Notes under the pieces: model-generated
The model's database searches: none
The model's input: only the letters and a program-made list of their open reading frames with translations
Told to the model about the DNA's origin: nothing
In this document: positions 1 through 9,147 of the stretch, piece by piece
Position numbering within the stretch: position 1 is the first letter of the stretch
How the letters are laid out: each line of letters begins with the position of its first letter
Made by a program: the position numbers and the translations under genes
Assembly: GCF_002075285.3 (NCBI RefSeq)
Contig: NZ_CP021983.2
Coordinates: 690,001 to 722,000, forward strand
Length of the DNA: 32,000 bases
Reading direction: 5' to 3'
Source of the DNA: Halomicronema hongdechloris C2206
Lineage (GTDB): Bacteria > Cyanobacteriota > Cyanobacteriia > Phormidesmidales > Phormidesmidaceae

Positions 1-227
1 GCATTGTCAACGGTGTTTCCAGTGGCGGTGGGCTCAGAGGGTTGGGAGGAGCGCAGCACCGTCGTACCAGCGGTGGCAATCCCCGCCCCTAAGAGCACTA
101 GGGCTACGGGGGTGAGCCAGCGCCGCCCCTGGCGATGGAAGGGGACCTTGGCAACGGGACCTGCCTGCCCAGTCGAGGCAGAGTTGGCGTCATTGTGACG
201 GGCGTGATTCTGAGGTGAGTTGACCAT
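1..227 (-). CDS. 5' part of a membrane-anchored protein whose 3' end lies beyond the window start (family not established; the N-terminus resembles periplasmic adaptor-type anchors)
   Basis: A minus-strand ATG at 227-225 opens a stop-free frame to base 1: MVNSPQNHARHNDANSASTGQAGPVAKVPFHRQGRRWLTPVALVLLGAGIATAGTTVLRSSQPSEP... A basic stretch is followed by one hydrophobic helix. It is absent from the ORF track because it has no stop in the window. Track ORF 4..198(+) looks like its antisense shadow. Confidence 0.45.
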   Translation of the reverse strand, partial: MVNSPQNHARHNDANSASTGQAGPVAKVPFHRQGRRWLTPVALVLLGAGIATAGTTVLRSSQPSEPTATGNTVDN

Positions 228-522
228 GGGAGTAACCTTTGCGCAAGTAATGTAGCTGCAATCGATACCAGAGCTCGATGGCGAATCTCCTACTGTTGAG
301 GAAACGCTACGGCCGCCTGATGTCCGAGGTCAGTGCGAACTGGAGCCTAGGCGGATCGTGGCAGGATCTTTGCCGAGACCGTTAGAGCTCTTTACCATCT
401 ACCCTAACGAGACTCTATGACACGACCATGGCGAGGTTGTCACAAGGCTGTGAAGCTGCGTTCCCTACTTTGCGATCCCTACTTAGAGTTTTACCCCATG
501 CCCTTTCTACTGCCTGCCCCCT

Positions 523-1455
523 ATGCAACAGCGATTCCTACAGATTGCTTCGGTTGCCTTGGCTGTTAGCTTGTTTAGCTTAGCAGCCTGGCGATTAACT
601 CAGGAGTTCCAGCAGTATCCGCCCCAGCAAATTTGGCAAAGCTTACTGACGATTCCGACGGAATCGGCGCTGGTGGCAGCGGTCTTAGTCGTGCTCAACT
701 ACGGTGTGCTCACCAGCTACGATACGCTGGCGGTGCGATTTGTCAAACGGCCGCTGCGCTATAGCCAAACGGCACTGGTGGCCATTACCAGTTATGGCCT
801 CAGCAACAGCATTGGGTTTACTCTCTTGAGCAGCAGTGCCATTCGCTATCGTTTCTATCTCGCTTGGGGGCTGTCGCCTTTAACCATTGCCCGCATCATT
901 ATCTTTTGTAATCTCAGCTTCTGGGTGGGAGTGCTTACCCTATGTGGGGTTGTCTTTTTGACCGCTTCCTTGTCGCTGCCTGCCGCTTTGAACTTACCGT
1001 TTCAATCCTTACAGGTCTTGGGCAGCGTCTGTCTAGCCATTATCTTGGGGTACTTAGGCTGGAATGCTCTGAGCCAGAAGGCCTTGCAGATCGGTCGCTG
1101 GCGACTGCCCCATGTACCGATGAAGCTGGCTCTAGTCCAAGTTGCCGTCACCTCTCTGGACTGGGTCACAGAGGCAGCTATTCTGTACATATTGTTGCCG
1201 CCCTTGCCTCTGACTTTGCATGGCTTTGTGGGAGTCTATGTATTGGGGCAGCTGGCTGGGATCTTCAGCCATGTGCCAGGGGGATTGGGGGTGTTCGAGA
1301 CGGTGCTGCTGCTGATCCTATCGCCTCCCTTGCCAGCCGATGCCTTGCTGGCATCGCTGTTGGCGTTTCGGGCCATTTACTATGGCCTGCCCCTATTGGC
1401 AGCCTGCCTACTGTTGGGGAGCTATGAGTTACATCGCGATATGGAACGAGGCTAA
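523..1455 (+). CDS. polytopic membrane protein, flippase-like / lysylphosphatidylglycerol-synthase TM-region (UPF0104-type) family
   Basis: 310-aa ORF with many hydrophobic helices and a C-terminal HVPGGLGVFE motif typical of this family. Its stop at 1453-1455 lies 2 nt before the next start. Confidence 0.6.
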   Translation: MQQRFLQIASVALAVSLFSLAAWRLTQEFQQYPPQQIWQSLLTIPTESALVAAVLVVLNYGVLTSYDTLAVRFVKRPLRYSQTALVAITSYGLSNSIGFTLLSSSAIRYRFYLAWGLSPLTIARIIIFCNLSFWVGVLTLCGVVFLTASLSLPAALNLPFQSLQVLGSVCLAIILGYLGWNALSQKALQIGRWRLPHVPMKLALVQVAVTSLDWVTEAAILYILLPPLPLTLHGFVGVYVLGQLAGIFSHVPGGLGVFETVLLLILSPPLPADALLASLLAFRAIYYGLPLLAACLLLGSYELHRDMERG

Positions 1456-1457
1456 CT

Positions 1458-2030
1458 ATGTTTATCAACTACATCACCTTGATGCTGACCAATCTGGCCG
1501 CCGGGTTGGTCTTGCTAGCGGCCTATGTCTACTGGGGCTTAGACAGTAAGCAGCAGACCCTGTGGATTCCTGGGTTCGGAGTGGTCGGTGCGATCGCATT
1601 AGTCACCGGGCTCCCCATGATTTGGACCTGGCCAGTACCAGGGGTCTTCAACATGGCCTTCGGGGAATGCTCGGTGCTATTCGGCATTCTCTTCGCCGGT
1701 ACCTCCATCGCCCTCGCCCAGCGCTGGGAGCTTTTCACCTTAGCCGTCTACGGATTCTTCGCTGGCTTGGCCGCCATCGTCTATGGCATCCGCATCATCG
1801 ATCTGGGCCTGACCCTAAAACCCGTGGTTTCCGGCCTGGGCTTTATTCTCAGTGGCCTGGGCGGAGTCTGCGCCGCTCCCATGTTGTCCCTCAAGGGCAA
1901 TAAGGGCCTGCGACTCATCGCCGCGCTCATTCTACTCATCGCCGCCCTGATTTGGCTGTGGACGGATCTATTTGCCATCTGGAACCACATGCAAGGCTAC
2001 AGTGACTGGCAACCCCTGCCGATGCGGTGA
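1458..2030 (+). CDS. small polytopic membrane protein (possibly DUF981-like)
   Basis: 190-aa ORF that is almost entirely hydrophobic helices. Its ATG lies 2 nt after the upstream stop, suggesting an operon with 523..1455. Confidence 0.55.
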   Translation: MFINYITLMLTNLAAGLVLLAAYVYWGLDSKQQTLWIPGFGVVGAIALVTGLPMIWTWPVPGVFNMAFGECSVLFGILFAGTSIALAQRWELFTLAVYGFFAGLAAIVYGIRIIDLGLTLKPVVSGLGFILSGLGGVCAAPMLSLKGNKGLRLIAALILLIAALIWLWTDLFAIWNHMQGYSDWQPLPMR

Positions 2031-2132
2031 TTGATAGGCTGTGTTCCCTTAACCGCCCGTGCATCCCGGCTAACTCTGCTCCCAATCTCCGGCACAAACT
2101 TAAAACTTAAAATAGATCCGTGACTGGGCAGC

Positions 2133-2756
2133 ATGGCATCCATCATGACGGCACAAACGGCACCGCAATTCCAGCCCCTTTTGCTTCAGCTTCCGGATGA
2201 CGTGACGCTACAGGTCACGCCAGAGCAGTTCGCGGCCCTTGCGGCGGCCAACCGTGACCTGAAATTAGAGCGAACGGCAACCGGAGAATTGATTGTGAAT
2301 CCCCCCACTGGTGGTAAATCTGGTAAGCGCAACCTGAGCATCAGCACTCAGTTGGGCATCTGGTTTGAAGCCAATGATTCCCTGGGCGAAGCCTTTGATT
2401 CTTCTACCGGATTTGCATTACCCAACGGGGCCAATCGTTCTCCAGATGCTGCTTGGGTACGCCGGAAGCGGTGGGACGCTCTGACCCCAGAGCAGCAAGA
2501 GGGCTTTGTGCCGCTATGCCCAGACTTTGTGGTGGAACTGCGCTCAAAAACAGACGCCCTCAAAACGCTTCAGGCAAAGATGCAAGAATACATCGATAAC
2601 GGTGCCCAGTTGGGCTGGCTGATTGACCCGCAAACCCGACGGGTAGAAATCTATCGCCCCGGTAAAGCAGTGGAGATTTTGGAAAATCCTGACACGTTAT
2701 CGGGCGAATCGGTGTTGCCCGGCTTCACCCTGACCTTGCAACGCATTTGGACATGA
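2133..2756 (+). CDS. Uma2-family (DUF820) putative endonuclease
   Basis: Motifs read by eye: LERTATGELIVNPP, SPDAAWV, CPDFVVELRSKTD, YIDNGAQLGWLIDPQTRRVEIYRPG. This is the PD-(D/E)xK-like layout typical of Uma2 proteins. Confidence 0.75.
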   Translation: MASIMTAQTAPQFQPLLLQLPDDVTLQVTPEQFAALAAANRDLKLERTATGELIVNPPTGGKSGKRNLSISTQLGIWFEANDSLGEAFDSSTGFALPNGANRSPDAAWVRRKRWDALTPEQQEGFVPLCPDFVVELRSKTDALKTLQAKMQEYIDNGAQLGWLIDPQTRRVEIYRPGKAVEILENPDTLSGESVLPGFTLTLQRIWT

Positions 2757-2977
2757 TATCGATATACAGACACAGGCATCAGCAAAACTTGGGTTAGAGG
2801 ATATTTGGAAAGTCCCCTGCGACCTTACTTCAGACTGGCTTCTAGCCAACAGAACCATACGCTCTAAAACGCCTATCTTACTGGCCTTGCAGCCGAGTTT
2901 CCAAATGTCCTTATTAAAGGGGATGCCCAGCCTGAGGAATAGAATTGCAGTGATGGCTCAGCCAAGTTGAGGCGGTT

Positions 2978-3427
2978 ATGGAAGAGTTGCTGGAAATACG
3001 GGAATTATTACTAGCGAATCGGGTTGCTGATGCCTTGCAACTGGTCGAGGAAATGACGGAGATGAGCAAAGATGACAAGCTCAACAAGATTTTTAGCTTT
3101 GGCATCATCCTGCTCATCCATCTCATCAAACAAGCCGCGGAAGGACAATCCACTCGTTCCTGGGAAACGTCGATTTTGAATGCCGTTAAGCAAATTCAAC
3201 GAACCAATCGAAGACGTAAAGCGGGGGGCACCTATTTGACCTTGGGAGAATTGCGGGAAACTCTGGAAGATGCCTACAGTTCGGCGTTGCGACAGGCGGC
3301 ATTGGAGGCATTTGAAGGTCGCTATGAAGCAGCGGAGTTGGGGCAGATGGTTGACCAGAAAGCCATCATCGAGCAGGCGATCGCTCTCGTCTTGGAAGCG
3401 GCTGGCGATCGCAACACGGGTTCATGA
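2978..3427 (+). CDS. DUF29-like helical protein
   Basis: 149 aa. EEMTEMSKDDKLNKIFSFGIILLIHLIKQAAEGQSTRSWETSI resembles the DUF29 core (E-x-MG..., LL-HL-K, R-SW). It is a paralogue of 18323..18847. Confidence 0.5.
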   Translation: MEELLEIRELLLANRVADALQLVEEMTEMSKDDKLNKIFSFGIILLIHLIKQAAEGQSTRSWETSILNAVKQIQRTNRRRKAGGTYLTLGELRETLEDAYSSALRQAALEAFEGRYEAAELGQMVDQKAIIEQAIALVLEAAGDRNTGS

Positions 3428-3462
3428 CTCGACTAGGGCGATCATCGCTTTTGCATGCAAGG

Positions 3463-4221
3463 CTATGATTCTTTAGATAAATAGGGCTGTAGCTCTGCGG
3501 CTAGCCAAGGCATCGGTGGTGCTTGTTCATAATCAATAAAGTAGTCATAGCCGAGCTGTTCGTAGAGTTCGCTCAACAAAGATTGCACATTCAATAAAAC
3601 ATCTTCATCTTCTGGCCCCAGAGGCAGGGGAACTGCCGGAATCACATCAGACACGTTGAAGGCGTATAAATCTGCCAGCGGCCGCTGTGGGGCTCGGCTG
3701 ACCAAGATGCGATAATGACTTTGAGCCACATCTGGTTCCATCAAAAACGGCTGCCCTGCCCGCAGCAAATCAATCTCAACTAAGTGCGTTTGACTACCCA
3801 GAATCTGCTGTCGTTTGGCCATATATTTACTGCGACCCTCACCTCTTTTATTAGCTGGCGACAGTACCTCAAGCACGGTGACAACAATCTGGGTGGCTGC
3901 ATCTTTCACTTCTAGGTAAGACTGCTGCATTTCCATCGGGACTGGCACTCTGACTTTAACGGGGTGCCCTGTTGCCTTGGGCGTCGTGGCAATTGGGGTA
4001 GGATTAGTCTGTCGTTGCTGAATGCTGACGTCAGGTCGACCCATCGCCACGGTAAGCGCGTCGGTAACGGTATAAACCCACTTATCGGTGACCACTCGAT
4101 ATTTGGGCAGCAGTTGAGGCACAAGACGCCGAGCGATCGCGGCCACCAGCTGGTTATGGAAGTCTGACCAGTAATCAGGCTGTTCCAGATACGGATTCAT
4201 TCCTGGGAAAGGATTGGGCAT
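3463..4221 (-). CDS. DUF4058-family protein
   Basis: The N-terminus MPNPFPGMNPYLEQPDYWSDFHNQLV is the signature start of DUF4058 proteins, which are common in cyanobacteria. 252 aa. Confidence 0.75.
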   Translation of the reverse strand: MPNPFPGMNPYLEQPDYWSDFHNQLVAAIARRLVPQLLPKYRVVTDKWVYTVTDALTVAMGRPDVSIQQRQTNPTPIATTPKATGHPVKVRVPVPMEMQQSYLEVKDAATQIVVTVLEVLSPANKRGEGRSKYMAKRQQILGSQTHLVEIDLLRAGQPFLMEPDVAQSHYRILVSRAPQRPLADLYAFNVSDVIPAVPLPLGPEDEDVLLNVQSLLSELYEQLGYDYFIDYEQAPPMPWLAAELQPYLSKES

Positions 4222-4306
4222 GAGGGGGAGGGCGATCTCGTATGTCTATGATACTGTTGCCCATTTAGCCCGTTGCAGTACCGTAGGCTGGGCCTTGGAA
4301 ATGGCC

Positions 4307-4787
4307 TTAGGCAAGGGACTGCTCCAGGTCTTCGAGTTCTGCACTCAAGGGGCAGACGTGGTATGGCTCCAGGCTGAGCAAAAATTCAACCCGCGACATC
4401 CCAGCTAACTCTGCGGCCCGCCCAGAAGACAAGCGCCCCAGTTCGTACAGTTTGACCGCTGCCAGCACGGGCAGTTCGCGGGCAAACCCTGCAGCGTCGG
4501 TCTTTTCGGGTAGGAGTCTGAGATAATCTCACCTAACTACCCGAGAGACCCACTACCGTCATTCCCGCGGCGGCGGGAATCCAGGGAACAAACCTCGGCT
4601 TTGGCTCAGAATACTCTGCCTGGATTCCGGGTCGCGCTGCGCTTGCCCGGAATGACGGGATTCGGTTTCGCGGTAAGTCTGCTACCTCGAGAGACGGTAG
4701 TGGTCTGAGATCATCTCACCTAACTACCGTCTTTTCGGCCAGCAGAACTTTGTCGGGAATGTGGAGGACAATGGGATGGGTGGTCAT
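4307..4787 (-). pseudogene. UPF0175-family antitoxin gene interrupted by a 219-nt MITE
   Basis: Removing 4510-4728 plus one copy of the 10-nt duplication restores one frame: MTTHPIVLHIPDKVLLAEKT|DAAGFARELPVLAAVKLYELGRLSSGRAAELAGMSRVEFLLSLEPYHVCPLSAELEDLEQSLA*, with TAA at 4309-4307. The KLYE-G-LSSG-AAELAGMSR-EFL motif is typical of UPF0175. Confidence 0.7.
4510..4728. mobile_element. MITE-like palindromic insertion with a 10-bp target-site duplication
   Basis: It is flanked by GTCTTTTCGG at 4500-4509 and 4729-4738. The 25-nt end motif TCTGAGATAATCTCACCTAACTACC (4517-4541) recurs as TCTGAGATCATCTCACCTAACTACC (4704-4728). The interior holds GTCATTCCCGCGGCGGCGGGAATCCAGG (4558-4585) and, in inverted orientation, CCTGGATTCCGGG...CCCGGAATGAC (4619-4656). 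It has no coding capacity. Confidence 0.7.
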
Positions 4788-4859
4788 GGTGCAATTCACC
4801 TTTGCAGACACTTCTATTATCGCGGTGCGGGCACGGAAAATTGTCCGACCCATCCCCGG

Positions 4860-5210
4860 TCATGCGACTACTCTATCCTGACCAATTGACTGCTGATTTT
4901 CTGAATCTTGATGTTGTGCCAGAAACTCAGAAAACAACTCAAAAAACAGTTCAAATCCAGACCGTTCGTCAGCAGCATGGAGCAAGATGATTTGTGCCCA
5001 GGAGACCGTAGCACTGATCTTGAAACGCTGCTGAATCCAGGTTTGAAACTTTTCAAACTCTTTTTCTTCAGCCGTTATCTCAAGTCCCTGTTCCTGTCGC
5101 GAGAATGCATACCCACATAAAAACATGTATAGATTGCTGATGGAAGGGGTACCAACATACAGACCCGGCTGTTGATGTATTTTCCTAATTAGATTGTATA
5201 AACCCGCCAT
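4860..5210 (-). CDS. putative immunity-type protein (family not identified), downstream partner of 5250..5594
   Basis: The likely start is the ATG at 5210, preceded by AAGGAG (the track ORF begins at a TTG at 5228). MAGLYNLIRKIHQQPGLYVGTPSISNLYMFLCGYAF... It lies in a low-GC islet, 21 nt downstream of the toxin-like ORF on the same strand. Confidence 0.4.
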   Translation of the reverse strand: MAGLYNLIRKIHQQPGLYVGTPSISNLYMFLCGYAFSRQEQGLEITAEEKEFEKFQTWIQQRFKISATVSWAQIILLHAADERSGFELFFELFSEFLAQHQDSENQQSIGQDRVVA

Positions 5211-5249
5211 TATTAATCTCCTTGCCAAGAAATCAACACATTAAAAAGC

Positions 5250-5594
5250 TTAAAATTTTTCCAGTTCTATCACTTCAAACTCCCCACTCGCACAATCAAA
5301 ATCAGCCATCCATTCTGCTCTCTTCAATCCTTCTGATGAGAGATTGTCAAAAACCCTGCCATAGATCTCAATGCCTTGATGTACACCCGATTGCGCGATA
5401 CAGTCTAGACCAGCTTGCCAGCGCTGACTGACAATAAATTTGAGCCGACCGATCGCGGTCATCTGCAAATGCACACCGTGAATGCCGTTTGCTTTCAACC
5501 AAGCTTTGATCGCCGCGGCACAGTCAACACACTGAAATACGGTATAGCCTGAGATAATCTTAGCAACCTCCTCAAACACCTCATCCCTGGTCAT
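5250..5594 (-). CDS. stand-alone papain-fold-toxin-like (Tox-PL-type) domain protein
   Basis: 114 aa with a candidate Cys (FQCVDCAAAIKAWL) and His (SGVHQGIEIYGRVFDN) spaced as in papain-fold toxin domains. It is low in GC relative to its neighbours. The assignment is by eye only. Confidence 0.4.
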   Translation of the reverse strand: MTRDEVFEEVAKIISGYTVFQCVDCAAAIKAWLKANGIHGVHLQMTAIGRLKFIVSQRWQAGLDCIAQSGVHQGIEIYGRVFDNLSSEGLKRAEWMADFDCASGEFEVIELEKF

Positions 5595-5773
5595 GCCGTT
5601 ATCCAGACTCCCTTACTCATGCCTGAGCATCTCGGTGTTAACTGTTCTATCCAAATCAAGGCTCCTAGAGCTAGCCTATAATGCCCTAGCCGCTCTCAAC
5701 CCTCGATGTCTTTGGGGTATTGAAACTGAATAAGTTCTCATGATTCAGAGATAGGTAGTTTAGGAGACAGCAA

Positions 5774-8347
5774 ATGTCTGGAGGCAGACAAATGGGCATG
5801 GGGTCGCAGGCAAGTGGAATGCTGGCAGTGCTGCTGGTCGTCATGGGGGCAGAATTCCCTGTAGCTGCAACCGCTTCGGAACCTGCCGCTCTCATCGCTC
5901 AAGAACCCGAACCAGACGCCACGGCCCCCCTAGAGCGAGCCGAAGCGCTTAACCAGCAGGTGATTGAACTCTACCAAGCGGGACGGTATCAAGAGGCCAT
6001 TCCCCTGGCAGAAGAAGCCTTAGCCATTCGGCGCCAGCAGTTAGGGGAGCGCCATCCCCATGTGGCCGCCAGCCTCAACAACCTGGCATTGCTGTATGAG
6101 GCCCAGGGGCGCTATGGCGAGGCCGAGCCCCTCTATCAAGAATCCCTAGCCATTCGGCGCCAGCAGTTAGGAGAACGCCATCCCGCTGTGGCCCAAAGCC
6201 TCAACAACCTGGCATTGCTATATGTTGCCCAGGGGCGCTATGGGGAAGCCGAACCCCTATATCAAGAATCCCTCGCCATTCGTCGCCAGCAGTTAGGGGA
6301 GCGCCATCCCGATGTCGCCAGCAGCCTCAACAACCTGGCAGGGCTATATGTTGACCAAGGGCGCTATGGCGACGCCGAGCCCCTCTATCAAGAATCCCTA
6401 GCCATTCTTCACCAGCAGTTAGGGGAGCACCATCCCAAGGTGGCTGCTAGCCTTAACAACCTAGCAGTACTGTATTATGCCCAGGGGGAAACCACTCAGG
6501 CGGTGCGCAGCTTCCAGGCAGGCTTGGCCATCGAAGAGTGGCACCTGGAGATCAACCTGACGACGCTGACAGAGGCCCAACGCCAGGACTACGCCGCCAC
6601 CCTCTTCGGCACTACGGATGCGGCTATTTCCCTGTCGCTGCAATCGGCAGAGGCGCCACCCCTGGGGCTGACCACGTTGCTGCGGCGCAAGGGTCGCCTG
6701 CTGGAGGCGGGCAGCAGCAGTCTGCAACGCCTGCGCCAGAACCTCACGCCTGAAGACCAGACCCTGCTAGACAACCTCATTGATGTGCGTCAGCAACTGG
6801 CAGCCCTCACCTTCAATCCCCCGGAAAACCTGCCACCGGAGGAGTACCGATCGCAACTCGCTGCCCTGGAACAGCAGGACAGTGACCTATCTGCCACCCT
6901 GGCTCGTCGCAGTGCTGTATTTCGAGTAGAAGCCGAACCCGTAGAGATTGCCGCAGTACAGGCCCAGATCCCAGCCGATGGGGTGCTGGTGGAATATGCC
7001 CGCTATCACCCCTTTGATGCTAAAGCTAATCCAGCTAACCGCTGGGGTGACCCTCGCTATGCGGCCTACCTCCTCTTCCCCAATGGCCGCATTGAAGCCA
7101 TCGACCTGGGCGATGCCGCTGCCATTGACACTGCCGTGCAAGCCTTCACCACCCTGCTTCAAGACCCCCGCGCCGACCTACGGGGCGATCCCGCCACCAT
7201 CATCACCGAGATTGACCCCGACCGGATTGAGACGGTGACCAGCACCCTGCAGGCCCTGGTGTTGGATCCGATTGCACCCTATTTAGAGGGCCGTGAGCAT
7301 CTGCTGATCTCTCCCGACAGCCAGCTCAACCGCCTGCCCTTTGAGGCCCTGCAGACGGACGATGGTCGTTATCTGGTGGAGCAGTATCAAATCAGCTATC
7401 TCAACAGCGGTCGTGACCTGCTCAAATTCGACGTCCTAGATCCCAGCACAGCGCCCGCTGTCATTCTTGCCAATCCTGATTATGAGCAAGCCGCCCCTCG
7501 ACTCCGCTCGGGGCTCGACTCGGTAACTGGAAGCTACCCGAGCGGAGTCGTTGGCGAAGCTGCTCCGAAGGAGCTAGAGAGCCGGGGCGAGCGGTCGTCG
7601 AGCGGAGTCGAGCGGTCGTCGAGCGGAGTCGAGACGAACCGCCGCTCCACCGATCTCAGCCAACTTCAGGTCGAACCGTTACCCGGCACCGCCGCCGAAG
7701 CCGGAGCCATCCAACCCCTACTCCCCAACGCCACCGTCCTCACCGAAGACCAGGCCACCGAAAACGTGCTCAAGACCGTGCAGGCTCCCCGCATTCTCCA
7801 CATCGCCACCCACGGCTTCTTCTTAGAAGATCAACCCATTCCAGTCGCCGAGGAGAGTCGTGGCCTTAGCCTGGCCGCGGCTGACGGGCTGCGGGCACTG
7901 CCCCGCTTAACGGCCCCGGTGGAAAATCCCCTGCTGCGCTCGGGTCTGGCCCTGGCCGGATTCAACGCCCGCAGCAGCGGTGACGAAGACGGGGTCTTTA
8001 CGGCTCTGGAAGCCGCTAACCTCAACCTGTTTGGCACCCAGCTGGTCGTCCTCTCTGCCTGCGATACCGGCTTAGGTGACATTGCCAATGGCGAAGGGGT
8101 CTATGGTCTACGGCGGGCCTTTGCCATCGCCGGGGCCGAGACCCAGTTGATGAGCCTGTGGCAGGTGAGCGATACCGGCACCCAGAGTCTGATGGCGCGG
8201 TACTACGAGAAGTTAATGGCCGGTATGGGTCGTAGTGAAGCCCTGCGGGCGGTGCAGCTGGAGATGATCCGCGCAGGTGGACAATACAGTCGGCCCTACT
8301 ACTGGGCCGCCTTCATCCTGGCGGGGGACTGGCGACCTTTAGAATAG
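5774..8347 (+). CDS. TPR-repeat / CHAT-domain protein with a hydrophobic, signal-like N-terminus
   Basis: There are five near-identical 42-aa TPR_12-type units (LNNLALLY.AQGRYGEAEPLYQESLAIRRQQLGERHP.VA). The C-terminal CHAT motifs are ILHIATHGFF and LVVLSACDTG, with YYWAAFILAGDW at the end. The N-terminus reads MLAVLLVVMGAEFPVAATA. Confidence 0.85.
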   Translation: MSGGRQMGMGSQASGMLAVLLVVMGAEFPVAATASEPAALIAQEPEPDATAPLERAEALNQQVIELYQAGRYQEAIPLAEEALAIRRQQLGERHPHVAASLNNLALLYEAQGRYGEAEPLYQESLAIRRQQLGERHPAVAQSLNNLALLYVAQGRYGEAEPLYQESLAIRRQQLGERHPDVASSLNNLAGLYVDQGRYGDAEPLYQESLAILHQQLGEHHPKVAASLNNLAVLYYAQGETTQAVRSFQAGLAIEEWHLEINLTTLTEAQRQDYAATLFGTTDAAISLSLQSAEAPPLGLTTLLRRKGRLLEAGSSSLQRLRQNLTPEDQTLLDNLIDVRQQLAALTFNPPENLPPEEYRSQLAALEQQDSDLSATLARRSAVFRVEAEPVEIAAVQAQIPADGVLVEYARYHPFDAKANPANRWGDPRYAAYLLFPNGRIEAIDLGDAAAIDTAVQAFTTLLQDPRADLRGDPATIITEIDPDRIETVTSTLQALVLDPIAPYLEGREHLLISPDSQLNRLPFEALQTDDGRYLVEQYQISYLNSGRDLLKFDVLDPSTAPAVILANPDYEQAAPRLRSGLDSVTGSYPSGVVGEAAPKELESRGERSSSGVERSSSGVETNRRSTDLSQLQVEPLPGTAAEAGAIQPLLPNATVLTEDQATENVLKTVQAPRILHIATHGFFLEDQPIPVAEESRGLSLAAADGLRALPRLTAPVENPLLRSGLALAGFNARSSGDEDGVFTALEAANLNLFGTQLVVLSACDTGLGDIANGEGVYGLRRAFAIAGAETQLMSLWQVSDTGTQSLMARYYEKLMAGMGRSEALRAVQLEMIRAGGQYSRPYYWAAFILAGDWRPLE

Positions 8348-8420
8348 GCCACAATCACTCGTAGATTACGCTGACTATGCCTTTGGCAGGCGACGCCTAC
8401 GACGCCGCTCAGTCAGTGGC

Positions 8421-8882
8421 TCAGCCAGGCAAGATCTGGACTTCGTCAGCCAACACCGACAGTTCCACGCGATCGCCATATCCAATGCCCTCAATCTTCG
8501 GCATTAGAACCTCCAGATGATCCGGCCGCTGAACGTGCATCGGCTTCGTCTCCGGGTGAGGATAGTAGATCCAGCCGTCGAAGGTATTGCCGTTCCAGGT
8601 TAGACGGCAGCGCGAAAAGGAGAACGTTTCAGGATCGTGAGCATCCGTCCAGGCCATCTGCTCTAGCGTGATTTCCGGCTTCACTATGCGGACCTGATGA
8701 GGTGCTATCGCAACGTTCAGCGTCCCCAAAAAGTAAGGCCGCAGATCAACCCCCCGGGCCAAAAAATGGGGCCACTGCATTGCCAATGTCCCTCCTGGAT
8801 AAGGACTCTGCTGCGACAGTCCCGAAGCGACTCTATATCCCTGAACGATGGTGCCCGCTAGGGTTTGCCACTGGCGCATCAT
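8421..8882 (-). CDS. hypothetical protein (weak resemblance to DUF120 / CTP-dependent riboflavin-kinase-like barrel: PYPGGTL...GTLNV)
   Basis: 153-aa ORF with native-like codon usage. The functional call rests only on two short motifs. Confidence 0.45.
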   Translation of the reverse strand: MMRQWQTLAGTIVQGYRVASGLSQQSPYPGGTLAMQWPHFLARGVDLRPYFLGTLNVAIAPHQVRIVKPEITLEQMAWTDAHDPETFSFSRCRLTWNGNTFDGWIYYPHPETKPMHVQRPDHLEVLMPKIEGIGYGDRVELSVLADEVQILPG

Positions 8883-9147
8883 GGCTCTCTTGTTCTATCT
8901 GCTGAGAAAGTTAGCGACTGAAACACTAGTATCGCTGTGGTCAACCTGAACTGGTTGAGATGCGAGGGCCCCTAAAGGCCGGTCTAGCCCCTTAGGGGCG
9001 GCTACGCCAATGACCATCGCAACGTCATCGGCTCACCTTCAGCGCTGCTACCCTGTGCGCTCTCGCCCCCCTGAAGGTAATCACTCACTTCATTTTTCCC
9101 AGGCTACACTGAAATTGCTGGATTACCTTGCTTCTGGGCATCCACTC

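Noticed and set aside
4-198. Plus-strand ORF of 64 aa at the window start.
   Set aside because: It is the antisense shadow of the more convincing minus-strand frame 1..227, which has a basic stretch plus a TM helix. The plus-strand peptide is Arg/Trp/Pro-rich and shows no features.
942-1468. Nested or antisense ORFs within 523..1455 (942..1427, 1002..1190, 1265..1468), and similar ones inside 1458..2030, 5774..8347, 11937..13430, 24122..26203, 26706..27686, 28030..29229 and 29226..32000.
   Set aside because: They are alternative-frame or antisense ORFs typical of GC-rich coding DNA. Each is fully embedded in a longer ORF with clear family motifs.
5774-8347. The TPR-CHAT protein as a Craspase/Csx29-like protease partner of the type III system.
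   Set aside because: The system here is a multi-subunit Cmr complex, not a gRAMP/Cas7-11 fusion. The gene is more than 5 kb and many unrelated genes away from the array, and on the far side from the cas genes. It has a signal-like hydrophobic N-terminus. TPR-CHAT proteins are very common in cyanobacteria.
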